This document shows positions 25,847-41,500 of a stretch of DNA of 64,000 nt, piece after piece (the stretch's first letter is position 1; each line of letters starts with the position of its first letter). The stretch is from an uncultured Acidobacteriota bacterium (GTDB lineage: Bacteria; Acidobacteriota; Blastocatellia; RBC074): positions 2,016,001-2,080,000 of the forward strand of contig CAWCKY010000006.1 of assembly GCA_963796275.1 (NCBI GenBank). Reading direction: 5' to 3'. The notes beneath the pieces were generated by a model, which saw only the letters and a list, made by a program, of their open reading frames with translations, searched no databases and was not told where the DNA came from. Made by a program: the position numbers and the translations under genes.

Positions 25847-27016
25847 ATGCAAATTGTGATTACTCGTTTTCTGTTCATCGCGTGCCTCATAGTTTTGACC
25901 GGGCAGGTCGTCAAGGCCCAGGGCAGGGACGAACTTTCCCAGCTGCCTTTCTTGAGGTCTTACACGCAGGAACGCATATCTTCACACGACCGCACGGGCG
26001 CGAACGACGACGGCAACTGGAAGAATCCGATAAAGGCTGGCGAGACGCGCACTATCGGCGAGGTGCAGGGACCGGGCTTAATTACGCACATGTGGTTCAC
26101 CATCGCGACGCCGGAGCACTACCACCTGAAGAAGATCGTTCTGCGGATGTACTGGGATGGCGAGCAGCTCCCGGCGGTCGAAACGCCCATCGGCGATTTC
26201 TTCGGTCTCGGCCACGGCGAGTATTTCATGTACGAGTCCGGTCCGCTCTCGGTCGGCTCGCAAAAGGCGCTCAACTGTTACTTCCCGATGCCGTTTCGGC
26301 GATCGGCTCGCATCACCATCACCAACGAAGGCGAGCGACCGATTCAGGCCTTCTACTACAACATAGACTGGCAGAAGCACAGGAGCCTGCCGGAGGAGAT
26401 CGCCTACTTTTACGCCGAGTACCGGCAGATGACTCCGACGCCGGGATGGACGTCCGATTGGAAGTTGAACTCAGATAAGAAGGTGAACGATCATCCGAAC
26501 ACTGATGGGGCGACCAATTACGTTATCCTCGAAACCGAAGGTCGTGGGCATTTCGCCGGCGTGACGCATAACATCATCCAGAATCAGGGCGACTGGTGGG
26601 GCGAAGGCGACGAGATGATCTTTATCGACGACAAGACGAAGCCTCACATCATCGGCACGGGCTCTGAGGACTATTACCTGGGGGCGTGGTGCTATGGTAA
26701 CTGCGGCATTTCACCCTTCGGGTCCAACTATCCGACATTCGCTTACAAAAATTATGGCAACCCGGTCAACGGCGGCGACAACCGCGGGGCGAAGTGGATG
26801 GTCTACCGCTTCCACACCGACTCGCCGATCCCATTCGAGAAGTATTTCAAGATGACTATCGAGCACGGCCATGCCAACCATCGTTCGGACAACTTCTCCA
26901 CGGTGGCTTATTGGTATCAGCAGGGGCCGCACCGGCTGCGCAAACCTCTGCCGCCGGTCGCCGAACGCATCCCGCACATGGTTAATGTCGATGGACCCAC
27001 GATGGGCAAGCCGTAG
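25847..27016 (+). CDS. Secreted DUF2961/GH172 family glycoside hydrolase
   Basis: GPGLITHMWFT, LRMYWDGE..P.GDFFG, NCYFPMPF, WWGEGDEM, GTGSEDY, YRFH..PIPF, TIEHGHAN, VAYWYQ; signal peptide. Confidence 0.9.
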   Translation: MQIVITRFLFIACLIVLTGQVVKAQGRDELSQLPFLRSYTQERISSHDRTGANDDGNWKNPIKAGETRTIGEVQGPGLITHMWFTIATPEHYHLKKIVLRMYWDGEQLPAVETPIGDFFGLGHGEYFMYESGPLSVGSQKALNCYFPMPFRRSARITITNEGERPIQAFYYNIDWQKHRSLPEEIAYFYAEYRQMTPTPGWTSDWKLNSDKKVNDHPNTDGATNYVILETEGRGHFAGVTHNIIQNQGDWWGEGDEMIFIDDKTKPHIIGTGSEDYYLGAWCYGNCGISPFGSNYPTFAYKNYGNPVNGGDNRGAKWMVYRFHTDSPIPFEKYFKMTIEHGHANHRSDNFSTVAYWYQQGPHRLRKPLPPVAERIPHMVNVDGPTMGKP

Positions 27017-27056
27017 ATGTTCATGCGCGTCAAGATGAGGATAAGGCTGGCTCCTA

Positions 27057-27145
27057 AGCCCCAAAGGGGCGCCAATCAAACAGCCAGGGGCTACGCGCGA
27101 GGCGCGCTCCACCCCTTGGCTATCTTATTGCGCGCCTTTGGCGCT
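27057..27145. repeat. REP-like long imperfect hairpin between convergent genes
   Basis: agccccaaaggggcgc..cagccagggg pairs with ccccttggct..gcgcctttggcgct; inner gcgcg-agg-cgcgc stem. Confidence 0.65.
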
Positions 27146-27323
27146 CAGTGGCCAGATGTTAAGAAGTTGGCGGCTTATCTTGACACAAATGACCTATGTG
27201 TCTGCACCGGAGCGGCGCTACCGTGGGCCCGGGGCAGACACACAGGTGCCATAGATGGCGCGGACGGGCTGCGGGCTTCATTCATACCCGCAGCTCAGAC
27301 CATTGGGAGCCGATCAATTGGTC

Positions 27324-28631
<1,308 letters not shown>

Positions 28632-28703
28632 CGTGTTCTCCTCGAGCTAATGCCCGGGGGATTCATCATATCCATCGTTTCCCGCCCTGCGGCTGGATAC
28701 CAA

Positions 28704-31700
28704 TTAAAAGGACAGCTTCAAAGCGAATCGAAACTGTCGTTCGGTGCTTTGCGCTGTAGTGATCTCGGTGAATCCGTTCAGGTCGATGACTGACCCATCG
28801 GCTCTGCGCGTCGGCGATGAAACATTAGCCCCCGGGTTGTTGAAAGCCGGCGTGTTGGTCAGGTTGAATATCTCGGTGCGGAATTGCAGACCGAATCGTT
28901 CCGTTAATTTGAAGTTGCGGAAGAGGCTCGCATCCATATTGAAAACGCGGGGACCGCGCATTGAATTGCGACCTACTGTGCCATATCGGACTGCAGTCAC
29001 GGGCGCGAATGCGCCGGGCTCGAAATAGCTCTGTCCGGGTCCCACGTTGCCGAGAATCTTGACATCAGAGAGCACCTGGTCGGCAGTTTGAGTGTTGCCG
29101 GGCGCATTGAGGGATGTTCCCGAAGACGTCACGGTAAATGGAGTGCCGCTTATCGTGCTGATGATGGCGTTTAATTGCCATCCGCCCGACAACCTCGCAG
29201 CCGGGCCTCCGGCCGCCCAGCGCTTGCCTGGGCCGAACGGCAATTCGTAGACGCTATAAATTTGCAGATTGTGAGTCCGATCAAAGCCGGTGACCGCGCG
29301 ATTTCGCGCCCATTGCGACACGGAATTGAACGTCATGCCGGAATCGCTGTTATCGGCGTAACCGATGGCCTTCGAGAATGTGTACGACAGGCCGATTTGC
29401 GAGCCGGCATTTAATCGGCGCGTCAACTGAGTCTGCAGCGAGTCGTAGGTCGCCGTGCCGAACGGCATAAGTACGTTGATGTTGCCGATGCGACCGAATT
29501 TGGCGAGCGCGCGGCCGGCATTACCACCACCCAGCTCGCCCGCATTGATGTTGACGTTGGCTGTCTGACGAATGGCGCGAGAACCGACATAGGCCGCTTG
29601 CGCCGTAAAGCCCCAGCCTATATCGCGCTGAACGGTCAGGTTGAATGACTGGATATAGCCGCGATTGAAAACCTGCGGAAATGTTTGTGTGCCGATGTTG
29701 GCCGGCAGCGCGATCGAACCGGCAGAAATATCGGGCGATAGAATGGCGGGTAATCCAGCCTGCAACGTGCCCGCGGCCCGCAGTGAGGTGGCGCCGGATA
29801 GTTGCAGTGAGATCGTCGCGGGATACGCGTCGCGCATGTGGCGGAACGAGTTGGGGTCGATGCTGATGCCGTAACCCATACGGATGACGGTCTTCTCGGT
29901 CACGCGCCATGCGATACCCAGTCGCGGCGCGAGTTGACCCTTGCCGACATCCACACCTGTATTTTCCGGCGTACCACCCAGGCCACCGATCAGCACCTGG
30001 TCGGTAATCGGATCGTAACGATCCGCGCCGCGATGATCGCGCCTGGCGAATGGATATATCTCATAACGAGTGCCGAAATTGAGCGTCAGCTTGCGTGTGA
30101 CCTGCCACTGGTCGCGCGCGTAAATTCCCCAGCCGGGCATACGCACCGTCGCCGGATTGTTGAACTGCAAATCCTTGCCCATGCTCTGCGGCAATCCGAG
30201 CAGAAAATCAGCCCAGCCGTTATAGAGCGTGGGTGCAGGGCCGCCCCGCAGGGACGTCAACCCGCCCGAAAAGTTGAAACCGCCACGCGGGCCGAACGCC
30301 GTCTGTGGCTGAAAATGGTTGATCGTGTAGTAGGAATATTCGCCGCCGAACCGCAAGTTATGCGCGCCGCGCATCCAACTAAGGTTGCCTGCCGCCACGT
30401 ACTGGTTGTCGCGGAAGAGGAATGGGTTCGAGACGTTGGGATTGCCGATGGACGAAAGGCCGCTGATCGTAAAGCGCGGATAGCCGCCCTGAAATCTTTC
30501 CGGCCCGTTCGTGCCCGGGATGCCCAGCGTCTCCAGCCCATAGTTCTGGTCGATGTCGATGTTCTCCGCGCCCAGCCGTTGCCGCGTAAAACCGATGTTT
30601 CCATCCAGCAGCAAACTTGGCGTTAAGGTATAGGTTCCACCAATGGCAGTGCTCTGCACGCGGCCCGTCGCATTACCCGGCTGCCCGCCTGCGAGCGCAT
30701 CCCCACCTGCCGCGCCGAGCGAGGGCGGATCGAAAATTCGACTCGGCGAAAGCGAATATCGTCCGAACATCGTAGATTTCTCGGTCGGATTGTAGTTGAG
30801 CTTGAAATCGATGTTATCGCGGTTGAATTCGTAGTTTCCGGTTGCCAGATAATTGTTGGTGGGCGAAGCGGTGGTTCGGTTTGGCAGGGGAATCAGCGCG
30901 ATCATCTTCGCCGCAATCGGATCGATGAGACCATCCGGGATGCGATTCTCCGGGAATAACACACGCCCAGAACCATCGGCGTTCCCGGTCTCAGGATCGT
31001 AAATTAACGCGCCCGTGCCTCTGAAATCGCCCTGCCGCATGGCTACAGTCGGCACAGTGCGAAAAATCGATACATTCTGCCGCCTCATCGTGCGCTCCCA
31101 CGAGCCGAAGAAGAAGAGTTTGTTCTTGACGATGGGACCCCCGAATGTCCCGCCCAACTGGTTGAAGATATTCTTCGGCAACGCGCCTGGCTGGTCGTAA
31201 AAATATGGGCGCGCTTTCAATCTGCTGTTGGTGTGGAATTCGTGCGCGCTGCCATGAAATTCGTTAGTGCCCGATTTGATCTGGACATTGACCGCCGCGC
31301 CCCCCGCCATGCCTTGTTCGGCATCGAAGCTATTGGTCACGATGTTGACCGTTTCTACCGCGTCTTGCGGCGGCACATAAGCAACGATGTGCGGCAACCA
31401 CGGATAACTTACCGTCGCGCCATCCAGCCTCGTGTTGTTGTTCGAATACGACACGCCGTTGAAATTGGTGACCAGAGACCGTTGTGGATTCCCGGCGTCT
31501 GAGTGCGCATCAGCCGGCGGAGCCGCGCCGGGGATCAATTTGTACAGCTGCTGAAAATTGCGCCCCGCGCCGATGGGCAGGTTGGTGATCTGCGCCTTAT
31601 CGAGTTGCGAACTCACATCCGCGCGCTCGGTCTGTAAAATGGGCGCTTCCGTCGTAACCGTGACCGATTCACTCGTCGCGCCGACTTCCATACTCACATC

Positions 31701-32042
31701 CTCGCGCACTGTATTGTTGAGCGATACGTTCACCGCGGCTCTCAGGTAGGCCTTAAAACCGCTATGCGCAATCTTCAGGTCATAGACGCCAACCTGCAGA
31801 TCGCGAAATGCATAAGCGCCGTCCGCATCGGTGAGGACCTCACGCACTTGCCCCGTCGCTTTGTTGATTACTGTTACCTTGACCCCGGCGAGCACGGCGC
31901 CCGTCTGATCTGCTACTCTGCCGATCAACGTCCCGTAGAGCACCTGCGCATTGGACGCGGTAAAAAAGAGAACGATGAGAACTAGGTTTGATAATGTTAG
32001 CCGGAAAAAATAGTCAGTCAGACTTGCGCTGCTTCGATTCAT
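28704..32042 (-). CDS. TonB-dependent receptor (Oar-type, N-terminal carboxypeptidase-regulatory-like domain)
   Basis: 1112 aa; KSGTNEFHGS, NQLGGTFGGPI, RDQWQVTRKLTLN, C-terminal RQFRFALKLSF. Confidence 0.93.
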   Translation of the reverse strand: MNRSSASLTDYFFRLTLSNLVLIVLFFTASNAQVLYGTLIGRVADQTGAVLAGVKVTVINKATGQVREVLTDADGAYAFRDLQVGVYDLKIAHSGFKAYLRAAVNVSLNNTVREDVSMEVGATSESVTVTTEAPILQTERADVSSQLDKAQITNLPIGAGRNFQQLYKLIPGAAPPADAHSDAGNPQRSLVTNFNGVSYSNNNTRLDGATVSYPWLPHIVAYVPPQDAVETVNIVTNSFDAEQGMAGGAAVNVQIKSGTNEFHGSAHEFHTNSRLKARPYFYDQPGALPKNIFNQLGGTFGGPIVKNKLFFFGSWERTMRRQNVSIFRTVPTVAMRQGDFRGTGALIYDPETGNADGSGRVLFPENRIPDGLIDPIAAKMIALIPLPNRTTASPTNNYLATGNYEFNRDNIDFKLNYNPTEKSTMFGRYSLSPSRIFDPPSLGAAGGDALAGGQPGNATGRVQSTAIGGTYTLTPSLLLDGNIGFTRQRLGAENIDIDQNYGLETLGIPGTNGPERFQGGYPRFTISGLSSIGNPNVSNPFLFRDNQYVAAGNLSWMRGAHNLRFGGEYSYYTINHFQPQTAFGPRGGFNFSGGLTSLRGGPAPTLYNGWADFLLGLPQSMGKDLQFNNPATVRMPGWGIYARDQWQVTRKLTLNFGTRYEIYPFARRDHRGADRYDPITDQVLIGGLGGTPENTGVDVGKGQLAPRLGIAWRVTEKTVIRMGYGISIDPNSFRHMRDAYPATISLQLSGATSLRAAGTLQAGLPAILSPDISAGSIALPANIGTQTFPQVFNRGYIQSFNLTVQRDIGWGFTAQAAYVGSRAIRQTANVNINAGELGGGNAGRALAKFGRIGNINVLMPFGTATYDSLQTQLTRRLNAGSQIGLSYTFSKAIGYADNSDSGMTFNSVSQWARNRAVTGFDRTHNLQIYSVYELPFGPGKRWAAGGPAARLSGGWQLNAIISTISGTPFTVTSSGTSLNAPGNTQTADQVLSDVKILGNVGPGQSYFEPGAFAPVTAVRYGTVGRNSMRGPRVFNMDASLFRNFKLTERFGLQFRTEIFNLTNTPAFNNPGANVSSPTRRADGSVIDLNGFTEITTAQSTERQFRFALKLSF

Positions 32043-32227
32043 GTATCACCTCAAAACCATTGAAGTAGAAATCTTTGATGCTCGTCCCAGCAACGCCTTA
32101 TAACGAAGTGAACCGACTCGTTCTGTAATGGAAGCCTCAGATTATTGTTTGACTTGTCGGATGCGCGGATTATCGGGATGGCTTAACCGGGTGTCAACTG
32201 AATATGATCGAAAAAGGCGAATGACAA

Positions 32228-32296
32228 CCTGTTGACTTATTTATCGACATTCAGTTTGTTCGTTAAATGACCAAACTGAATGTCAATAGCAACAGG
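32228..32296. terminator. Hairpin with perfect 13-bp stem downstream of the PHP gene
   Basis: gacattcagtttg (32246-32258) / caaactgaatgtc (32272-32284); outer cctgttg/caacagg. Confidence 0.55.
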
Positions 32297-32313
32297 GAAT
32301 TGACTCCGGATTC

Positions 32314-33891
32314 TTATTGAATCCAGATGGAGGATGAAAGCGCCTCGTCGTTACGACCGTTGCCGTCCTGGTCGTCGTTTTCTTTGACCATTACATAGTA
32401 ATATGCACTCCCGGTGGTATTATCCGTGAACGCCGTAGTAATAGAATTTCCAGATACCAGATTCACAGCTATGAGGGTCCCGTTTCGATATAGCCTGACC
32501 TCGCTAAAGGTGTCTCCGCTCTCGTCACGCGCGGTGACGGTGAAATTCCGCGGAACCGCGGTTAACTGGGAGCCCATCGGATAGCCGGAACAGCGGAAAT
32601 CGAGGTAAAGATCCTTATCCTCAGTGGCATAAAACCTTCTGGCGCGGTAAGCGGCAATGACATCTTCGCGCGTTAAACTCTTGGCTAACACGCCAGTACG
32701 GTAATCGCTGGTGGTGCCCCACCCCCGCTCGTGATTGTCACCCGCGCCTAACGCGCCAAAGAACCACCCCTTCTGGTTTCCAGTGTCCAAATAGCTACCG
32801 TTACTGGACGACCAGGTATTCTGATAATAGTGCTCATCGAAATTACCGGCTCCATTCCAGGTTTCAACCCCTACCATTTGCGTAATTACAGCGGTGTCTG
32901 TGATGTCGAAATGTAAGAACTCCACTCCCAGAGCATCATATTTGCCGGGGTGGTTGAAGGTTCCGAATCCAGCCGGACGAACATTCAACCAATTATACAA
33001 ATCTCCGATCCCGATACTCGTAATAAAACTGGTGAAATCATTGGTGTTGAGCACGCTCATGTGCCCGGTAATAAAATTGGAATACTCAAAACCCCAAAGA
33101 GTAACATAAGAACCAGGTTGATAATTGGCATTTGCTGCCTCCTTGATCCGATTCCACTCATTATTCCAGGGCCACGTCGAGATCAACTCCCCATGGTCTG
33201 TTACAGCAAAGATATCCATATCAGCGACGTCACGAGCATACTGATAGGCTTCCTCGGGAGTCCCCTCACCATCCGAAAGTCCCGTGTGGGAATGTAGAAA
33301 ACCGAAATAGGTATTGTATGTCTCATTGGGTATTGCAGAGCTGGCGCTGAGAGCGGGATAAGGCGCTTTTGGCAACGGATTTAAGACATCTGGGGGCAGT
33401 GTGGGGCTGGTAGTTTGCCTGGCTTTGATCACTTCCTGATAAGACTCGAACATCTCCTGCCGAGTGATATTCGCTAATGACTGAGCGGATATTCGTATCG
33501 AGGCTGTGTTTTTCAGGCTACCCACCGGATCGGATTTCAGTAACCTGCGACATTCCTCCCAGCTAATCTGGTTATCGTCCCCCGCAAGCAACGATGCCAG
33601 CAGCACGCTCCTCTTCGTCCGATGCTCGGTGTGTAGATGCTTGAGTGAATAAAACTCATAGGGGAGTGGGATGCGGCCCTTAATCAACTTAGATGCGTTG
33701 ACAATGTACTCGTCGGTTGAGACGAGGTCGGCGAAGGCGTCCGAATCGACCTGTTGTAAGATATCTTCGACTTGCCGTCGCAGCTGGAACTGATCCACGG
33801 GTGCACTCGCCTCCTGCTGGCCGTAAGTGTAGGGGACAAGCATGAGGGCACATAAACTCATGACCACCAGAAGACGGTGTTTATCGTGCAT
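32314..33891 (-). CDS. Secreted PHP-domain metallohydrolase (CehA/McbA-like)
   Basis: AAGGAG RBS before ATG 33891; signal peptide; HSHTGLSDG, TDH, FNHP, ETWN and GDNH motifs. Confidence 0.82.
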   Translation of the reverse strand: MHDKHRLLVVMSLCALMLVPYTYGQQEASAPVDQFQLRRQVEDILQQVDSDAFADLVSTDEYIVNASKLIKGRIPLPYEFYSLKHLHTEHRTKRSVLLASLLAGDDNQISWEECRRLLKSDPVGSLKNTASIRISAQSLANITRQEMFESYQEVIKARQTTSPTLPPDVLNPLPKAPYPALSASSAIPNETYNTYFGFLHSHTGLSDGEGTPEEAYQYARDVADMDIFAVTDHGELISTWPWNNEWNRIKEAANANYQPGSYVTLWGFEYSNFITGHMSVLNTNDFTSFITSIGIGDLYNWLNVRPAGFGTFNHPGKYDALGVEFLHFDITDTAVITQMVGVETWNGAGNFDEHYYQNTWSSSNGSYLDTGNQKGWFFGALGAGDNHERGWGTTSDYRTGVLAKSLTREDVIAAYRARRFYATEDKDLYLDFRCSGYPMGSQLTAVPRNFTVTARDESGDTFSEVRLYRNGTLIAVNLVSGNSITTAFTDNTTGSAYYYVMVKENDDQDGNGRNDEALSSSIWIQ

Positions 33892-34318
33892 ATCTGTTCT
33901 CCTTACTTTGAGTTGGAACGCTCTGTTAGTGAGACTGCGCGCACCGGCTCGATACCCGAAGATCGTCTTGAGGCGGAAATAGCTGCCTTCGATAAGATGC
34001 ACCGGTGACAGTGATATCCACACTTCCGCATTAAATACATGGAACCTGTGAAAGCTAAGGTCCTTTGTCTGTAGAAGATGATGAAGACGTAAATACCTGA
34101 GGATTATACGTTCAGAAACATTTTATGTCCTAAAGTTCGCTATAATTCCTCGTCAAATTTTACTTAGATGATCATAGTTGTTAATTTAACTTTTTCTTAA
34201 TACCTTTAAGAGCGAATCTTTAAACCTTCTTACTAAACTCTCTCTTACTCGCACTATTTCCGGTTCACTTTTGGTGAATCCTATCTTCTCTTCTTTTTTG
34301 ATGGAGACTGAGGTCACA

Positions 34319-37732
<3,414 letters not shown>

Positions 37733-37859
37733 AGGGAAGGTAATCCTATTTTTCGATAACGAAAGTGAATAAGCATATATCGGGATGGCAGAGCCTTTTG
37801 AGTGCGGTTGCTTGCGATACTACTGGCAAACTCTCCGGCGCCGGAGGCGCGGCGGAATG

Positions 37860-38006
37860 TAGCCGGTGGTGGAGCGCAGCGTAACCACCGGAACAGATCA
37901 ATGAGATTTTCGCGTCCCGGAGGGACGCTGGAATCCTGCGCCCTTTCAGGGCGCGACTCATTTCCGGCACGCTACCGGTGGTTACGCTGCGCTCCACCAC
38001 CGGCTA
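37860..38006. repeat. REPIN/MITE-like element with perfect 32-bp inverted repeats
   Basis: tagccggtggtggagcgcagcgtaaccaccgg (37860-37891) and its exact reverse complement (37975-38006); internal gcgccctttcagggcgc hairpin. Confidence 0.85.
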
Positions 38007-38510
38007 ATTTCCAATGGCCCCTTCAGGGCTCTTATGATATCGCGGAGTTTGCCAGTAGTATCGCGAGCAACCGCACTCCAAAGTGCTCCGCAATCCTCAA
38101 ACTTACATATTCATCTGAAATCCGCAGTAGGTATGATCAGCCACACACGCAACCGTTCGACCCTCAACCGTGCGGCAACTCCTGGAAGGTATGCGCTTCA
38201 CGAAATATCCTGATCAATTGATTGATTGCTGGTGAAGGCGCATTATAGCTGAGCCATATTGGCCATTGGCCAATATCTAAAAAGCACATCTAAGAATGGG
38301 TTACATTTGGAGGTACAGGCCGCCTGCTTACGCGTCTGGTGCTGTGCCATGGCGCCGTGATAAAACGGCTCTATACATTGAACTGAATAACGATTTAGAT
38401 GCATTCGTTCAGTGATAAACATTCGGCCTGCGTCTGTAGGCAGGAGCAAAGTGATATGGTCACTATTGATCTGCATTTAAACGAAATCCCGACCATCAAC
38501 GAAAAAGGAC

Positions 38511-41500
38511 ATGGCTATGAAGAGAGATGACAGGCAAATGCACCTTACAAGCGCTCAACATCTGAGTTTTCCGCTTTCGCTGCGTTCGATCAGCACAGTT
38601 ACAGGCAGCTTGACGCGCCTGGCGATGGCAGCGATATGTATCGGCATAATATTGCTGGTTGGGCATTGGACCGGCTATGCGCAACAAACTTCGGCGACGC
38701 TTGTCGGTACGCTCACGGATGCCAATGGCGCGGTCGTCACGAATGCGCAGATCAAAGTGACCAACCTGGCAACAGGCTCGGTGCGCGAGGCGGTCTCTGA
38801 CGGAAATGGTAATTACTCGTTCTCATTCCTGCCGGCGGGTGATTATGAACTGACACTTACCGCAACTGGATACAAGACCAAGAAGATCGAGCGGCTGACT
38901 TTGCAGGTTTCGCAAACCTTGCGGCAAGACTTTTCGATGGAGATCGGCGCAGTGAGCGAGACGGTGAACATCACGGCGGCCGGCGTCCAGTTGCAGACGG
39001 AGAACTCGACCGTCGGCACGGTCATAGACTCGGAGAAGATCGTCGAGCTCCCGCTGAACGGGCGGAACTTTGTACAGCTGGCGCAATTGATTCCCGGCGT
39101 ACAGTCCGGCACGCCGGGTTCAATCACGGCGCGACGAGGGCGCGGATCGATCGGCCAGTCGGATGCCGCATTCGCTTCGACTGCAATGTCAGCCAATGGC
39201 TCGCGCGACACAGCTAACCGATTTTTCATTGACGGCATCGAAGCGATGGATCACGATGCCGAAACCTTTTCGTTCTCACCTTCGATCGACTCGCTCGCGG
39301 AGTTCAAAGTCGAAACCAGCACCTACTCGGCCGAGAGCGGCGGCGCGCCGGGCGGGCAGGTCAACATCGTGACCAAACGCGGAGGCAATCGGTATCACGG
39401 CACGCTCTGGGAGTTCAATCGCAACGATGCGTTGACGCAGAGTTACGATGCGATAGCAGAGAAGTCAGTAGACCCGCCGCGCCTGAACCGCAATCAGTTC
39501 GGGGCTAATTTAGGCGGGCCGGTCAAGCTGCCGCGTTTTGGCGAAGGCGGTCCGGTGTTTTACGATGGCAAAGATAAAACATTCTTCTTCTTTAACTGGG
39601 AAAGAGGGCGATTGGCGCAAGGGGCGGTGCCGAGTTTACGCCGCGTGCCTACAGAAGCGATGCGCAATGGCGATTTCAGAAACCTGGTTGGTAATGATAG
39701 TAAACCGATTACATTGCTGGATCCATTGGGCGTCGGCATTGTCGACAACATCATCCCGCGCAGCGCGCTCAGTCCGCAAATTCAAACCTTCTTGCAATTT
39801 GTGCCGCTGCCCAATACTTCGGCCGGAGCTCTCAACTTCCTTAATACTCCACAGAGCGCTGTCTCGCGGCAGGACAATTACACTGCGCGCGTGGATCACA
39901 GTTTCTCCCCGAAAGACGTCATCTCAGGCCGCTACATTTTCAACGATACGTATGAAGCCGGAATCCCGTACTGGGGGCATGATGAGCGCAATAACCTCGG
40001 CCGTTCGCAGAACGTCTCATCGTCGTGGACGCATACCTTCGGCGCTGCGCTCGTCAACGAGTTGCGCGGCGGCTGGCATAAGTTCAGCGAGTTCGAGATA
40101 TTCGGTACGACTGACGACCCCGATTTCGACGTCGCAGGGATGATGGGTTTGCCCGGCATCGCGCGCGAGCCGGTGCATTATGGGCCGCCCAGCATCTCGA
40201 TCAGCGGGGATGATGGTGTCTGGAACGTTTACGATCTCCAGCGACAGATCGGGCCTCGTGATCGATCCAATCAAATCTATCAATTCGTGGACACGCTGTC
40301 CTGGCAGCGAGGCAAGCATTTTCTGAAGCTGGGTGCAGATATCGAATTGCGCAACATCACTTTTGATCAATCGCGCGATCCGCGCGGCAGCATCGGGTTT
40401 GATGACACATACACGGGCAGCGCGCTCGCCGATTTCATGCTCGGTTATGTCAAGACCAGCCGCTTAAACCCCGTCTTTACGCACACGGACTTGTGGAACT
40501 GGTGGTACTCATCCTTCGTTAACGATGACTTTAAGATCAAACCAAACCTGACGATCAATATGGGCTTGCGGTACGATTACTTCCAGCGTCCGATGCAGTC
40601 TGATGACCTCTACGCAAATATCGAAGTCAACGGCTTGATCCCGGCGGCGACGACTTTCCCGAATACGTCGCGTTTCGGCAGATCGCTGATTGAACGAGAC
40701 GCAAACAATTTCGGGCCGCGTATCGGCTTCGCTTGGTCGCCCGGCTTCGTCAATGATGCTGTAGTCCGCGGCGGATACGGGATCTACTACACGCCGGAGA
40801 TTTACAACGCCTACTTTGCTATGGCAGAAGGGGCGCAGGCAACGGGGGGCGCGTCGCTGACCGGTAATCCTTCAGGGGCTCCGAATATCTTTATGACAAA
40901 TCCGTATGGGACTTCCATCGCGGGAGCGTTGAGCTTCACGGTCGCCAACGACCAGAACATGCGTGATAGCTATATTCAACAGTGGAACCTGAACATTCAG
41001 AAGAAACTGCCGGGCAGTATCGTGTTTGATGTCGGTTATGTCGGTTCGAAGGGCACAGGGCTGATCGTGACACTACCGGGGAACCAGCCGATTCAATTGA
41101 TTGACCCGCGTCCCACAGGACTACCTCCGCTCGATAGCCGTCGTCCGAACACGGCGTATCCGCGCCAGATGAGCATTGATAAATCTATCGGTAACTCGAT
41201 CTATCACGCACTGCAGGTCAAAGCTGAGCGACGGATGGTGACGGGACTGACCTTCCTGACGGCCTACACGTGGTCAAAAGCGATTACAGGCCCGGCGGAT
41301 ATCGGAGGCCAGGTGGGCGGTGGGTTCTTTATCGGCGGTGTTCAGGACATTTACAATTTGGCCGCCGAACGAAGCATCTCCGGCTTCGATCTGACGCATC
41401 GCTTTGTGCAAACGGTCATCTATGATGTCCCATTCTTCCGCAATACAAATGGCGCGGCGCGTTTTCTGCTCGATGGGTGGCAGGCTTCGACGATTATAAC

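Noticed and set aside
37802-38221. 139-aa ORF over the inverted-repeat element
   Set aside because: It is a translation of the REP-like element; no coding features.
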